Assembly: GCA_964016885.1 (NCBI GenBank)
Contig: OZ024742.1
Location: 149,854,001 to 149,918,000, forward strand
DNA from: Eledone cirrhosa
Lineage: Eukaryota
Length of the DNA: 64,000 bases
Reading direction: 5' to 3'
The number at the start of each line of letters is the position of its first letter. Position 1 is the first letter of the stretch. The position numbers were made by a program, and so were the translations under genes. Below, piece by piece: positions 13,413-27,049 of this stretch. Under the pieces are notes generated by a model. It saw only the letters and a list, made by a program, of their open reading frames with translations, made no database searches and was not told the DNA's origin.

Positions 13413-13652
13413 CCATTTTGATACCAACTATCTTGAACCATACCTGATTCAGTGTTACAAAGCTGTTTATTTTAAAGTGTTTGTATTTATCTAAAAGCCT
13501 TCCATCTTAATATTAGGCAAGAACCTTTTTAAACTATGTTCCGAACACCATCCTAATAGTGAGTACATTATAATACTAAATCCTTAAAAATTCTTTATTG
13601 TTTTCAAATTAATTTGGCAGTGTATTCTGCTTGAAATATGGTGAGAAAAGGG
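13413..13652. mobile_element. piggyBac-type MITE inserted in a family C repeat
   Basis: TTAA|CCATTTTGATACC...GAAAAGGG|TTAA interrupts GACCCGAGA-TTAA-AGCAAAACAAC. Confidence 0.7.
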
Positions 13653-14189
13653 TTAAAGCAAAACAACAGCTAGAGAGCAATTCCATAAGCTGAACTCTAA
13701 CAATCTCCATAACTTCACTTTACCATGTATAATCCCTAATTTATCCCCCTCCTACCACACATATATTATGTCGTTATTAAGGAACATTTAATCCTCGGGA
13801 CATTTAAAACAAGGTGGAGGTTGTTTATCTGAATGGCAGATATTTAATTCAGCTATCTGGGCTAATTGTAATTGTTTCATGCTTTTGCATACCATTTGCA
13901 ATTCCAATGCAATGATGTAATCTTATAAGATATAAAATAATGCAATGGCATCTGTATGGAATGTGGATTCTCTCTTTTAACTAAAATAGAAATGGTAAAG
14001 ATGATGCACAGTTGGACTTGTTTTTCTTTACATTTCTGAGACAAAGCTCATAGCCTTTTGACATTCTCATTGACTGAGAGAAATCAGTAAACCAAGGTGG
14101 AGCTAGCATAGCTGTTCCATTTAAACAGTTGGAGGAGGATTGTGGGTAGGGAGGAATTTTTGGAGTAACATTGAATATCAATAAGTAGA

Positions 14190-14760
14190 GGTGTATCTGA
14201 AGGCATATATGATATATTTATGATGAATAAAAAACATATATTTGATACATTTCAAGCTGTTATCATGTCACAGCTATCTCAGTAGACATGTGAACACATC
14301 AGAAATGAATTTTTGATTTTCATGTTGTCAGTGAAATTTATCCTCTTGGTACTGAGTCAAGAATAAGCTAAAGCTTATACGCATTTTTGCATATGAAACA
14401 TTGGCTAGATTCTTATTTGTATATAATGCAAATAAAACATTGGTTGGAGTTGCTCCTTTTCATATAGTGCAAGTTAGAGCAGCTAGGGTTAATTAGTAGT
14501 AGTACTAACAAAGTGTGGTTCATTATAAAGGTGTATATATGAAGGCATCTATAAAAAGAGTTTCACTATGAATATATTAATCTATAATCATGTCACAGAT
14601 ATCTCAGTAGCTGTGTGAGAATGTCAGAAATGTGTTTCTGTATTTTTATCCATCATGAGTGTTGTTTACTCACTTAGCACAAAGAAAAGAATAAATGCAT
14701 TTTTTTTTTGCATATGAAACATCGGCTGGAGATGCTCATTTGCATATAATACAATACAAG
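14190..14760. repeat. Diverged tandem duplication, period ~340 nt
   Basis: Collinear shared blocks GGTGTAT..TGAAGGCAT, ATCATGTCACAG.TATCTCAGTAG, TCAGAAATG and TTTTTGCATATGAAACAT.GGCT. Confidence 0.75.
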
Positions 14761-15071
14761 AAATTATCATAGCAACAGTACTAAAATAGGTCTTCCTTTT
14801 GTAAAGTGAAAGGAGATATATATTATGACATGTTGCTACCAGTCAATTGCTTCAACTGATTGGACAAATTGTCATGGGTTTGTACTTAACCACTGGTAAT
14901 ATGTTGTGTACTATATATATTTACAATATTTACAATTTAAAAGAAATGTTTCTCACACATACAAATGATTTAAGATAATCAGCAGGATAAAGTATCTTTA
15001 GATTGCTTTATTTGTAACACTTTATTAACAAAGGCAGCCCAAGAAAGTTGCAGTGTTACTGTGAATAATAA

Positions 15072-15251
15072 TTGTTTCTACTTTTGGCACAAAGCCAGCA
15101 ATTATCCCAATGCATTACTGGAGCTTTATTTTATCAACGCTGTAAGGATGAAAGGCAAAATTAACATCGACAGGATTTGAACTCAGACCATAAATGGCCG
15201 TAACTATGCTGCAAAGCATGGTGTCCGACCCTCTACTGATGCTGCCAATCC
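15072..15251 (-). mobile_element. SINE family A with 14-bp TSD
   Basis: TSD ACTGTGAATAATAA at 15058-15071 and 15252-15265. Confidence 0.9.
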
Positions 15252-15769
15252 ACTGTGAATAATAACGAGGTTCAATTACATATAACTTTTGGCCTACCTT
15301 GACCACTGGGACACAACATCAATGACCTCATGTAAGATGGGGCCTGTCCTCATTTTGCATGCACTGTCTATGAGTGACTTAATGTCCAATTTCCAGGATG
15401 TTGGCTGGGTCATCGAGGTCTACATGAATGACCAGCAAGTAGGCTTGACTTAACACCATGTGATTTTTTTCCTGTAGGAGTGAGCAAAGGTATAAGTTTA
15501 TAGCTCAAAACCAAAAACTGACCCAATTGGAGGAACACATTCATCATGTACTGACCAACATACTGCTTAACTCCTTGATGAAGTCAATCGAAGATATACT
15601 CAGACAATTACAAACAGTGGTGCCTATGTAAACATTTAATACTGTATTGTACTTCTATTATTCTTTTCAAATAAAATATGTTTTATGAAAATCGACCAAT
15701 AATTAATAAAGTTATTAACAATTTTAAATAGGGAGTTTCTTTCCAGCCACCCTGTAGAACATAACTTTC

Positions 15770-16550
15770 ATGAACAGAACTGACAATCACAGCTAGGTTG
15801 GAAGTGGTATCATGACTGGCAGGTGTAAAATCAGTCAGCTAGAATTTGCTGATGACATGGTGTTACTGTTGATAGGCGACCTCCAACTTGCACTTGATAG
15901 GTTTGATGCCAAGAGCTGCATAGCTAGAATGAAAATCAGTTCTGCAAAACCTGAGAGAGTCATCCACTCAAAGAAGCCTATGCAGTGCACTGTACATGTG
16001 AATGGGGTTCCACTGAAGCAAGTGGAGGATTTCAAGTATCTTGGAGCCATGTTGATGGAAGGCAGGAGGTTGAATTAAATGCAAGAGGTGCAAGAGCTGG
16101 TGCAGTAATGTGCCTGCTTCAGCATTCAGAAGAAGAGACGTAGGTGTAAAAGCCAAACTTGCTATCTTCAATTCGGTATTTGTGCCAACTTGTACCTATA
16201 AATATGATTGCTAATTCAAGCAGTCAAAATATTGTTCCTCCAAAGGGGTTTTTGGAGTAATGTTACCCAATAGAGTGCATAGCTCAGAGATCAGAGATTC
16301 ACTCTGGGTAGAGCCGCTACTTCTCTGAATTGAGAGATCACAGCTCTGATACTATGGGCAAGTGGTTAGAGTGTCTCAAAAGAGAATCACTGGACAGCTT
16401 TTATGGGCAAAACAACAGGCAGGAGACCCAGGGGTAAACCCTGAGCAAGATGGTTGGATAACATCCATGAGCTTCGCTGGTCTCGCTTGGGGATCCAGCC
16501 AGATCAATTGGAGATGATTGCATCTGACAGGACCCACTGGAAGGAGCTTT
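15770..16550 (+). pseudogene. RTE-like LINE RT C-terminal fragment
   Basis: EFADDMVLL and VEDFKYLG motifs, plus a downstream YGQVVR..GRRPRG region. A second 3' copy lies at ~18640-19020. Confidence 0.85.
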
Positions 16551-16631
16551 TGAATTTTTACACCTATCTCCCTTATTTACCGAATGCTATAGCTGTTGCA
16601 TAAAAAAATATATATAATTATATAAATATCT

Positions 16632-16828
16632 GAGAGAGAGAGGATAAGATAGAGAAAGAGAGAGAGGATAAGATAGAGAAAGAGAGAGAGAGGATAAGAT
16701 AGAGAAAGAGAGAGAGGATAAGATAGAGAAAGAGAGAGAGGATAAGATAGAGAAAGAGAGAGAGAGGATAAGATAGAGAAAGAGAGAGAGGATAAGATAG
16801 AGAAAGAGAGAGAGGATAAGATAGAGAA
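16632..16828. repeat. Minisatellite GGATAAGATAGAGAAA(AG)n, about 8 units of 24-26 nt
   Basis: Directly visible. Confidence 0.9.
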
Positions 16829-17059
16829 AATGTGTGTGAGAGAGAGTGAGTGAGAGAATAAGATAGAGAGAAGCTACTTACTGTAACTGCTATATTGTGT
16901 TGCAGGTGCTTCTGATGTCCTAAAGAGAGAAAAACAGATTTCCACTGAAACATTGACTTGATAAAAGTGAAGTATATTAGTGTGTGTATGTGTAGCATAA
17001 TAAATATCAAGTGACAAGGGAGCTCTCTATCAGAACAGCTATATAGTTTATACTTATAT

Positions 17060-17250
17060 AATAATTGTTTCTACTTTTGGCACAAGGCCAGCAATTACTC
17101 AGTGTATTACTGGTACTTTATTTTATCGACCCCGTAAGGATGAAAGGCAAAGTTAACCTCGGCGGGATTTGAACTCAAAATGGCAAGGGCCGTAACTATG
17201 CATCAAAGCATGGTGTCCAACCCTCTACCAATACTGCCACTCCACCGCCC
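17060..17250 (-). mobile_element. SINE family A, near full-length
   Basis: Reverse complement of the 25274 copy. Confidence 0.9.
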
Positions 17251-18639
17251 TTATAGTTATATAATAATGGCATTACACAATAGTGTGTGTGTGTGCATGT
17301 ATATATATATCTATCTATCTATCTAAGGCGGGTAAAATTCCCGAGATCCATGGACGAGTTCTCTCCAGCGGTCTCTGTCCCTCATTATCGCTGCCATGTC
17401 TACATACACACAAATTGACTCACCTATTTCTAAAAACACTGTTCATGAGCCCAAGATTATCACTTTTATAATTTTGTATACAAAAAAAATTATTTATTTC
17501 TATTTATGGTTTTGTATACAAAACCATAAATAAAAATAAATAATTTTTTTTCTTAGTTGCTCTTATTTAACCCAGGTCAGCAATATTCGAGCAGGCATAT
17601 GAATAAAAAAAAAGTTCTAGCTGCAACCATCCTCTCTTTTATTCAAACTACATCTAAGACTGCATCATCCAGTGTTTTCTTGGACTCCCTCAGTCATGTC
17701 AAGGACATGACAACCTCCCTACTGTTGGTGATCTACATGATAAAACGGTTGGTGCTAGGAAGGGCATCCAGCCAAGGGAGGCTTTGGAGGACCCTTTAGT
17801 TGTGTCAAAAGACCTGACAACTTATGTGCACTCTATAGAACATATGACCATAAGCAAGATGCAGATTTCTCACCCTGTACTGACATTGTTTGTGTAGAGT
17901 TAGGTCCTGTTTGAAATAATGTTTAGATGAGTTATTTTTAAATAATAAAAATAAAATTAAATGAAAAACAAGTTTATTTAAACTTATAAAACAATAGTTA
18001 AAACATTGTATTGTTAATTCTATTGTTGGTTTTCTCATTAACATGCCAGTCTCAAATATATTAGTAACGTGTGGTGATACCATTATTTAGACATGCAGCT
18101 CCAGCTATGCTAAATAAATCATGGTTATATTTTGGTTGATTTATATATTTGGCTGTCAACAATCATCTTCAAAGTAAAAATCCTAAAATACATGATTAAT
18201 TAAAACAATCTATAATATTTTTGGCATAGAGGAAAAGTTTCTTGAAATGATAAAAAGAATAACAACAGAGATTACAAACAAATTCAAGGATTGCTCTTGC
18301 TCGAAGTTTACTTGTATTCTATGATATCTGCTTAACTTTTTTATTCCCAAAATTCTAATGAAAGACACTACCTATGTATTTCAATTAATTTTGAAAATAA
18401 TCAAGAATTTGGAAGGATTTAATAAAAGCTGATGTTTAGAACAAAACATTTTCATATAAGGTTATATATATTTGCTGATCTGAAGTCGGATTCCAGCTTA
18501 ACTCCAAAGTCCTCCCACGTTAGCCTCTCTTATAACACACATCCGGCACAAAACTAGAGAGATCAAGGACAATAACAAAATCAATTATTGATCTCTGTCC
18601 TTCATTCCCCTTATACCATTTATATTTATGGATGTCTGT

Positions 18640-19020
18640 GCTGGAAGAAGGTGTTCATAATAGTGTGTCCATTGCTAAAGCAGAAGTCTAGTAAGGCCTC
18701 TCCATTCATATTTAGACTGATAGAGTGCTTAGCTTGGAGATCAGAGGGTCGCTCCAGGTAGAACCACTACTTCTCTGAATTGAGAGACCACAGCTCTGAT
18801 GTTATGGGCATGTGTTAAGAATGTCTCAAGAAAGAATCACCGGACAAATTTTATAAGCGAAACCAACTGACAAGAGACCCCGAGTAGACCCCTGATCAAG
18901 ATGGTTGGATAACATCTGTGAACTCGACTGGTCTTGCTTAGGGATCCAGCCGAGTCAATTTGAGAAAGTTGCTTCTGACAAGACCAACTGGAAGGAATGT
19001 TTACAGACTCTGCCCCCATC
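18640..19020 (+). pseudogene. RTE-like LINE 3' fragment (same family as 15770-16550)
   Basis: CTACTTCTCTGAATTGAGAGA.CACAGCTCTGAT and AAGATGGTTGGATAACATC are shared with 16317-16465. Confidence 0.8.
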
Positions 19021-19152
19021 CCTCTAAGGAATAAGTGGGCAAAGAAAAAGTTTACATATATAGTATAGAATGTAATAATACAGAAGACTCATCCACCAGC
19101 ATAAGGACTGCCACACTAAAATAAATGTGGTGAGAGACCAGTGGCTATAGTG

Positions 19153-19309
19153 CAGGCATGGGCAACCATTATTGAGCAGTGGGCTGCATAGGATGTGGCT
19201 CATCATAAGGCACTACTAAAAAATTCAAGGCAATTTCGAAATTCGGCATGCTATTCAGAAAGCCAAATGGGCTTCATGTGACTTGCGGGCCACAGTTTAC
19301 CCATGACTG
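19153..19309. mobile_element. hAT-type MITE with perfect 8-bp TSD
   Basis: TSD CTATAGTG at 19145-19152 and 19310-19317. TIRs CAGGCATGGGCAAC / GTTTACCCATGACTG. Confidence 0.85.
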
Positions 19310-20226
19310 CTATAGTGTTTGGTAATTAAACAGGTGCAATAGAGTGGATACTTCAGTCAGGATGATCATATGACAACTTCTTTGGTGTTGGTACCATGAT
19401 GAAATTCATACATTCCACTGTGTAAAGTGGTAGTGCTGGCTGGTGCAATATTAAAGTGCATCTAGTACACACTGTAAGGTGGCTGGTGTTAGGAAGGGCA
19501 TCCAACCAGAGAAAGCGTGCCAAATATGGAAGGTATGAGCTTGATGAGGTTGTTCCAACCCATCTAGTCTTGAACCGAGACAACCTGTCCAATCCATGCC
19601 AGCATAGAAAGCAGACATGATGATGAGGAAAATAAAAGTTAAATTCCATCAGTCAGATGTTTTACTGTTCAAGCAGCCCACATCTCATGTGATGATAATA
19701 GAACCAACAATTGTAAGAAAATACTAGAAATATCGGTAACGAACAATATAGAAATTATATAATTTTATCAAAGGGAACTGTTAATTCCTTTTATTATGGT
19801 GACATGTGATTGCAGGACTTTTATTTTGCAATAGCAATATGTGTGTGTGTATCTTCATACACACATGGTCTGGTGGTTAGAGTGTTGTACTTATGATCAT
19901 AATGTCATGAGTTTGATTCCTGCACTGGGTTATGCATTGTTGAGCAAAACACTTCATTTCACATTTCTCCAGAACACTCAGCTGAAAATGAATACCAGCA
20001 GTAGCTGTTTGTCAACCTTGCAATGGACTTGTGTTCTGTTTAGGGGAGAATCATATTTTCAGTCATTTAACAGCAATGGAACCTAGATAAGAACTGGCTT
20101 GATGAGCCTCTGGATTTGGGACAGATCTAAATTTTTTAATATATATATATATGTATATGTGTGTATGTGTATATGTATATGTGTGTATGTGTATATGTGT
20201 GTATGTGTATATGTATATGTGTGTAT

Positions 20227-20296
<70 letters not shown>

Positions 20297-23200
20297 GCAG
20301 GTATGGCTGAGTAGTTAAGAAGTTCACATGTTTCATGTTCTCTCCAACAACTTGATACCTTGGTCTACTATAGCCTCAAGCTGTTTAATATCTCTGGTAG
20401 AGAGAAGTTTTATGAAATTCATATATGTATGTGTGAAAATGTGTGTTTGTCTCCATGTATTGACTTTGCTTTGCATTTGACACCACACATGGTGACACTT
20501 GTTTATGCCCTACAGCTCAAGTGTTTGACATATGAAGATCAGTACCTTACTTTATAAACAGGTATTGGAGGATGTTGGAGGCCCTCCTTAACGTTAATCA
20601 CTTTCCAGAACATACTTGGTGCATTTTATTGTGGTACCATCTTTAAAGTGTTTGTTACGTCCTCATCAAGTCTAAAGAATTCTGTCAACCTTACTTTGTC
20701 ATCATTTCCCAGCCACTTTACGCTCTCTCTCTCTGTGTGAGAGAGAAAGAGAGAGAGAGAGCTAGGGAGAGAAAGAGATAGAAAGAAAGAGGAACAGAGA
20801 AGAGAGAGAAAACAGTATCATTAGATGGTGTTATTTTTTCCAACTATGAAAATCTGCTGGAAATCATTACATTTAAATTCTTCAATATCTATATGAAACC
20901 ATTATCCAAATATAACTACAGGCATTAAACACATATGCACATACTGATACTTGCTTTTGCATGCGTGCGCACACGCACACGCACACACACCCAAAGACTT
21001 CTTAACTTATAATTGAAGGTGCCAAGATTTGGCATTAAGTTCGTATTTAAATTAGTCCTTGCTCTAGTTTCCATTTAGAATCATTTTAGTTGTATTGCTT
21101 ATACGTATGGGAAACGCATAATATTCCAGACCTTACTATACTCCTTTTCCTAAAAATCTAAAACTGTATGGTTATATAAAAGTTTAATACTGTTATAATA
21201 GACTTATTTAATACAGTAAAATGCTTTTGAGACCTAGAAAAATGGTAACCGAAGCTTCTCATTCAATTTTAAACTCTAAAGTATACCATGCCAACCTGAT
21301 ACACACTCCAAAGCATAAGCATCATCATTTTCATTTAACGTCCCTTCTCTTACTAGAAAAGGTTGAATGGGTCATCACAAACCAAGTCAGTACTCAAGCA
21401 GAGTTATTAACCATTCAGACAGACTGGGGGCCGGCATCACACTTACAAAATATTCCCATGTTCTATCAAATGTGTTTTATCATGGCACCAGCACTAGGGA
21501 GGTTGTCATGTCTTTGACATACCTGAAGTGACTTCCCAACCCTTTGTTTTGATGGTTTTTTATAGTAGGATACTCTTCCTATCACCAACCCTTTTACAGT
21601 GAGTAGTGCATCATAAATCTACTACTGTCCTAAATCCTCTTATTAACAAATCAACATGAAACTGCCATTTTGGAAACAAGAACATTAGACAATGCAGTCT
21701 TTGATATTATAAAAGATATAATAGTTATGCTTGAAATTCCTCAGCTCATAGGTTTGCTCAATCAAGGCTGACCTGACCTAGGGCTAAACAACCGCTATTA
21801 AGTTTAAATGTTACTACAGCTACTACTACTACTATTGTAATCACAATAGTCAATCGATACCTTTAAGATACTACTACTAAGACTGCCACTGCTGCTGCTG
21901 TTACTACTACTGTAATCACAATAATCAATCGATACCAATACTATACCTACTACTACTACTGCTATAATCCCAATATTCAATCAATATTATTATTACTACT
22001 ACTATGACTACCACTGCTGCTGGAAAACAAAATCAATAATCAATGAAATACTGTTGCTAAAACACTACATCAATAACTACTTCTGCTGCAACTGTTGCTG
22101 CTACAACTATTACTACTGCTGCTGTTACTACAGCTACTACTACAACTGTTGTTGCTACTGCTGTTCATACTGCTGCTGTTGGCCAGCGAGGAAGCCACTA
22201 AGCAGTTGCTCAAACTGCTAGAAAAAACAAACGACTTTCTCTCAAATTGTACTCTATGATCTGAGAAAAGAAAACATACATTGGATAATGTAATCCTATA
22301 TACACTGTGCCAGTGATACTTAGTCTCCACTTGAATTTCTGAACATAGGTGTGCTCAATCAAGACTTACCTGGGGCTAAACAACTGCAACTACATAACTC
22401 TCCTTAATAACTACTACTACTGCAACAATTACTACTACCAATGATGATAATGATTGTGACCATCACCACTACCACCAATATTAGAATAATTTGTGATTGT
22501 TTAGCTTCCTGGCCAGACATAGCCTAATCAAGAAGACCTATGATCAAAGGCATTCCAATTGTGACCATCCCATTTTTTTCATCACTGTAAATGTAACCAA
22601 TGGTCACATTATTCAATGCATGATATAAGAGTTATTTGGCTGTTATTTCTTGCAGGTAGTGACCACATAAAACACTCCATTAGCTCATGGAACTATTTTT
22701 GTTTGTTGTGATGTGGTGGTCAGCTCTTGACTACAAATCCAACCAACAATTTCGTTTGAATTCATTATCACAGTTGGAACAAATTCCACATTACTCAGTT
22801 CATGATATTGATATGGAAATGTATTAATATCACATCTTCCCATTTTTTTCCTATTTCTGATGTAACTTGTATGATGTGTCATATTATGTACGAACTTCAT
22901 TGTTGAGACCTAAGACAATAAGAACAACAAAAAGCTGCTACTATATACACATCTTTATACATTGATTTTTATCAGAAACATTATAATAATCCTCACCATC
23001 TTCCCCTAGTACCATCACTATCTTCATTGATATCAATAAATATTGCATGATGATACATATCACTGCCATTATCATTGTCACCAAGAGTAATACTAGGAAA
23101 CATAACCATCACCAACTCCACCAATAACACCATCACTACAGCCATAATATCCTATACCATAATACCATATAAAGTCATAATGCCTAACACCAGCAACACC

Positions 23201-24377
23201 CAGCAACACAGTTGTCATCAATATCATAACCATCTCTAATATCATCAGTATTACCACCTTTAAAATATTATGCAATAACAAGCCTCTATGTGGTCCCTGG
23301 AATAGCTAGAAATAGCAGTCAAATATCCCATCTTAAAAAATAGGGAAAGGACACATTAGATAATGTGATACTAGATAACCCTGAAAGAGACAAAATGGTT
23401 AAAGTAGGCATGCCTTTGATCATATGTCTACTTGATCAGGGCCCAAACAATACCAACAACAGTTACAAAGAATATGAGCCAATTAGATAGCCTCTGCAGG
23501 GTCATTACACCTGCTAAAAATTGCAACCAAATATTCCTCAACTTGCACTATATTATCTTGGGAAAAGAAGAGAAACATTGAATAATATAGACCTAAATAT
23601 ATTTAAAAAAGATGAAATGCTTTTGACTATAAGTTGGCTTAATAAGAACTGACCTGGGATTAAACAACAATAACAACTAGAACCATATCATGCATCACAC
23701 TCCATCTATAAAGTTCTCACCACCAACAGAAGCAACTGGCATAAAATTATTCATCTTCATCAGGAATGTTTGTAGATATTTATACAGGCCAGAAGAAGCA
23801 GTTCGCTGGATCAGATAGAACAAGTAGCTTGGAGGGGGAGAGGGGGAGAGAGGGAGATGGATGTAGAGAGGGAGAGAGGGGGGAGATAGAGAGGAGGGAG
23901 ATAGAGGGGGGATGGAAAGGAGGAGGGAGATAGAGGAGGGATGAGGGGGGGGCAAATAATCTGAAAGAGACAGCATATGCTTATAAGAAAAAGAGAGAGA
24001 GAGACAGAGGGAAACAAGAGAGTGTGACAGGAGAATAAGCATATAGAAAAAACAAGTAGAAAGAAAGAGAAAGGAAGATATTGACAAAACTATACACCCA
24101 TTCTCCCCACCCCACATTACATACACCTTATATATATAATATATATATAATATATATATAATATATATATATATAATATATATATATATATATAAAATAT
24201 TTATATATAAATAAATAAACAAATGAATAACTATATATATATATATTAGAAAGTGAGGTTTCTTTTACAAAATGAAAAAAAACGAGATGTCCTACACGAG
24301 TGAAAGTATAAGGTAAAAGGATGAAATCGAAAATGCAACTGGAATCTTTTTAAAAAAAATATACATTTATTTGGTTC

Positions 24378-24413
24378 CTTTACCGGTTTCGCAGTTCTTG
24401 TGCTTTTCAAAAG
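24378..24413 (-). ncRNA. Minimal type I hammerhead motif with U3-A8 core variant
   Basis: Minus strand reads CTT-TTGAAAA-GCA-CAAGAAC-TGC-GAAAC-CG-GTA-AAG, followed by AATAAA. Confidence 0.55.
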
Positions 24414-24445
24414 TAGAATTGAGATGGAGGGTTTGTGGTTTTTCT

Positions 24446-24499
<54 letters not shown>

Positions 24500-24644
24500 A
24501 ATATGGACGAGAATCAGCATGCAGGAGTTTTAATGAGAAAAAAACAATTTAATCTAATAAATAATATTATGTTTTGATAATCCAGCACGCAGAAAGCAAG
24601 CTTTACCACACAACATCGATTTTTGTACATGTTATAAAGATTTT

Positions 24645-24678
<34 letters not shown>

Positions 24679-25273
24679 TGTTTCTACTTTTGGCACAAGG
24701 CCAGCAATTACACCAGTGCATTACTGGTACTTTATTTTATCGACCCTGTAAGATGAAAGGCAAAGTTAACCTCGGTGGGATTTGAACTTAGATCATAAAG
24801 GGAGGTAACTATGTTATAAAGCATGGCGTCCAACCCTCTACTGATACTGTATTGTGTACAGTGCTGTACATACTAGCAGAAAAACCACCCTGCAGGCAGT
24901 TTTCTGCTAGTATGTGTAGTGTGCATATTGATATTATATGCAAATATATATGCATATAGATATGATAAGTAAATTGAAAAGTAAATTGTCAATATGCACA
25001 GAAATTTAACAAAGACTATATTACACTTTCTTCTGTAATCAGTAAAGTAATCTATGATACATTTATGAAAGATGATATTATATATAAACAGCATTATAGT
25101 GAAATGTTATGAAAATGAAAAAGGTGAAAATGAGATTAGCAACAGAAATATAAACGTTATGATATATAAATGTTATGATATAATGAACGCTAATGGAAGT
25201 TGACATTTGAAGCTTTTAACATAGGTGAATCTTGAAATAAACAATACATTATATATAAGATTATTTATGTTTA

Positions 25274-25460
25274 CGGTGGATTGGCAGTACCGGAAGAGGG
25301 TCGGACGCCATGCTTTGACGTATAGAGTTACGGCCCTTGCCATTCTGAGTTCAAATCCCGCCGAGGTTAACTTTGCCTTTCATCCTTACGGGGGTCGATA
25401 AAATAAAGTACCAGTAATGCACTGGGTAATTGCTGGCCTTGTGCCAAAAGTAGAAACAAT
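25274..25460 (+). mobile_element. tRNA-derived SINE family A (central domain resembles the Meta/Sauria-type domain)
   Basis: A box TGGCAGTACCGG, B box GAGTTCAAATCCC, central GCCTTTCATCCTTACGGGGGTCGATAAAATAAAGTACCAG, and TSD ATTATTTATGTTTA on both sides. Other copies at ~11975, 24672, 39950-40140, 44070-44320 and 55567. Confidence 0.9.
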
Positions 25461-25703
25461 TATTTATGTTTAATCAAGAGCTAAGAAATATAGTAGATAA
25501 ATTACATAATATTCATTCATGATTTATCAAAAGTAATCTAACTTATTTCAATAACATGATGTAAAAAAATAAACTTCACACAGTCTCGCATTTCTCGAAT
25601 CATTTTATTATTTATAAGGTACCATGTCCACTTTTTAAACCCTTTTTTATTATCATTTTCCTTGTATAGTGTGATCTGTACAGAATGTTTTCTAACATGC
25701 ACA

Positions 25704-26696
25704 TTTGTTTCACTATAAATAAATACAAACACACACTCATATAATCAAATTAATATATATATAGATTTATATATTTAACATATATATATATATAAAATAA
25801 ACATATGGAACAATCACAGGGAATAATGTGTAAAGAATGTAAGCACACATAGCTAGGTAGGTAACCAATTAAAGTTTAACTAGAACTTCAAATATAGATA
25901 CCTTTTAAAATGATTAATTTCCATTGTATATATTTCTTTAAATAAAAAATATATTTTACCAATTAATCAGTAAATCACAGTAGTCAAATCCTGGATGTTC
26001 ACCAAAGGAGAAGAAAATAACTATCTGCGTTTACAAAGCAAATGAAAATCTGTGAATGACTCGAACCACATGTTGCATTTTTAAAAAAATACACACATCG
26101 CACAGTGTCATACCAGTGGCGTGAATAGGATTATCGACAGCTAGAAATAGCAGCTGAGTCCATTCAACTGAATTAGCTCTACAATTAAGGGCCATATATA
26201 TATCCAAAATTAAATTAAGGGTTGTCATGTTTGTTTCACTATAAATAAATACAAACACACACTCATATAATCAAATTAATATATATATAGATTTATATAT
26301 TTAACATATATATATATATATAAAATAAACATATGGAACAATCACAGGGAATAATGTGTAAAGAATGTAAGCACACATAGCTAGGTAGGTAACCAATTAA
26401 AGTTTAATTAGAACTTCAAATATAGATAACTTTTAAAATGATTAATCTCCTTTGTATATATTTCTTTAAGTAAAAAATATATTTCACCAATTAATCAGTA
26501 AATCACAGTAGTCAAATTCACGGATGTTCACCAAAGGAGAAGAAAATAATTATCTGCGTTTACAAAGCAAATGAAAATCTGTGAATGACCACATGTTGCA
26601 TTTTTAAAAAAATACACACATCGCACAGCATCATCCCAGTGGCATGAATAGGATTATCGACAGCTAGAAATAGCAGCTGAGTCCATTCAACTGAAT
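25704..26696. repeat. Recent direct duplication, ~470-nt copies at 25704-26173 and 26230-26696
   Basis: Near-identical from TTTGTTTCACTATAAATAAATAC to GTCCATTCAACTGAAT, with scattered substitutions and small indels. Confidence 0.95.
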
Positions 26697-26819
26697 AATT
26701 TTGGATATATATATATATAAAAGGAACGATCGGCTTTCGTCAAATCGCACCGAGGGAACAATGTTTCCGTTGGTCTTTCCAATTGCTAATACTATCTATC
26801 GGTCGCAACTCCAGGTAGA

Positions 26820-26937
26820 AGGAGCAACGTGAAATAAAGTGCCTTGCTCAAGGACATAACGCATCGCCTGACCCAGGAATCAAACTCACAACCTTACAAT
26901 TGCGAATCCAATTCTCTAACCACTCAGCCACATGCCT
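26820..26937 (-). mobile_element. CORE-type SINE head with a different tail
   Basis: Minus strand reads GGCATGTGGCTGAGTGGTTAGAG...GAGTTTGATTCC...CCTTGAGCAAGGCACTTTATTTCAC. Confidence 0.75.
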
Positions 26938-27049
26938 TCACGATATATATATATGTACATATATATATGTACATATGTACATATATGCATACATATATAT
27001 ATATATATACATATGTACATATATATATGTATGTATATATATATAGTTT

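Noticed and set aside
23695-24222. 175-aa minus-strand ORF
   Set aside because: Mostly TA and CT low-complexity sequence. The unique 3' part has no recognisable homology.
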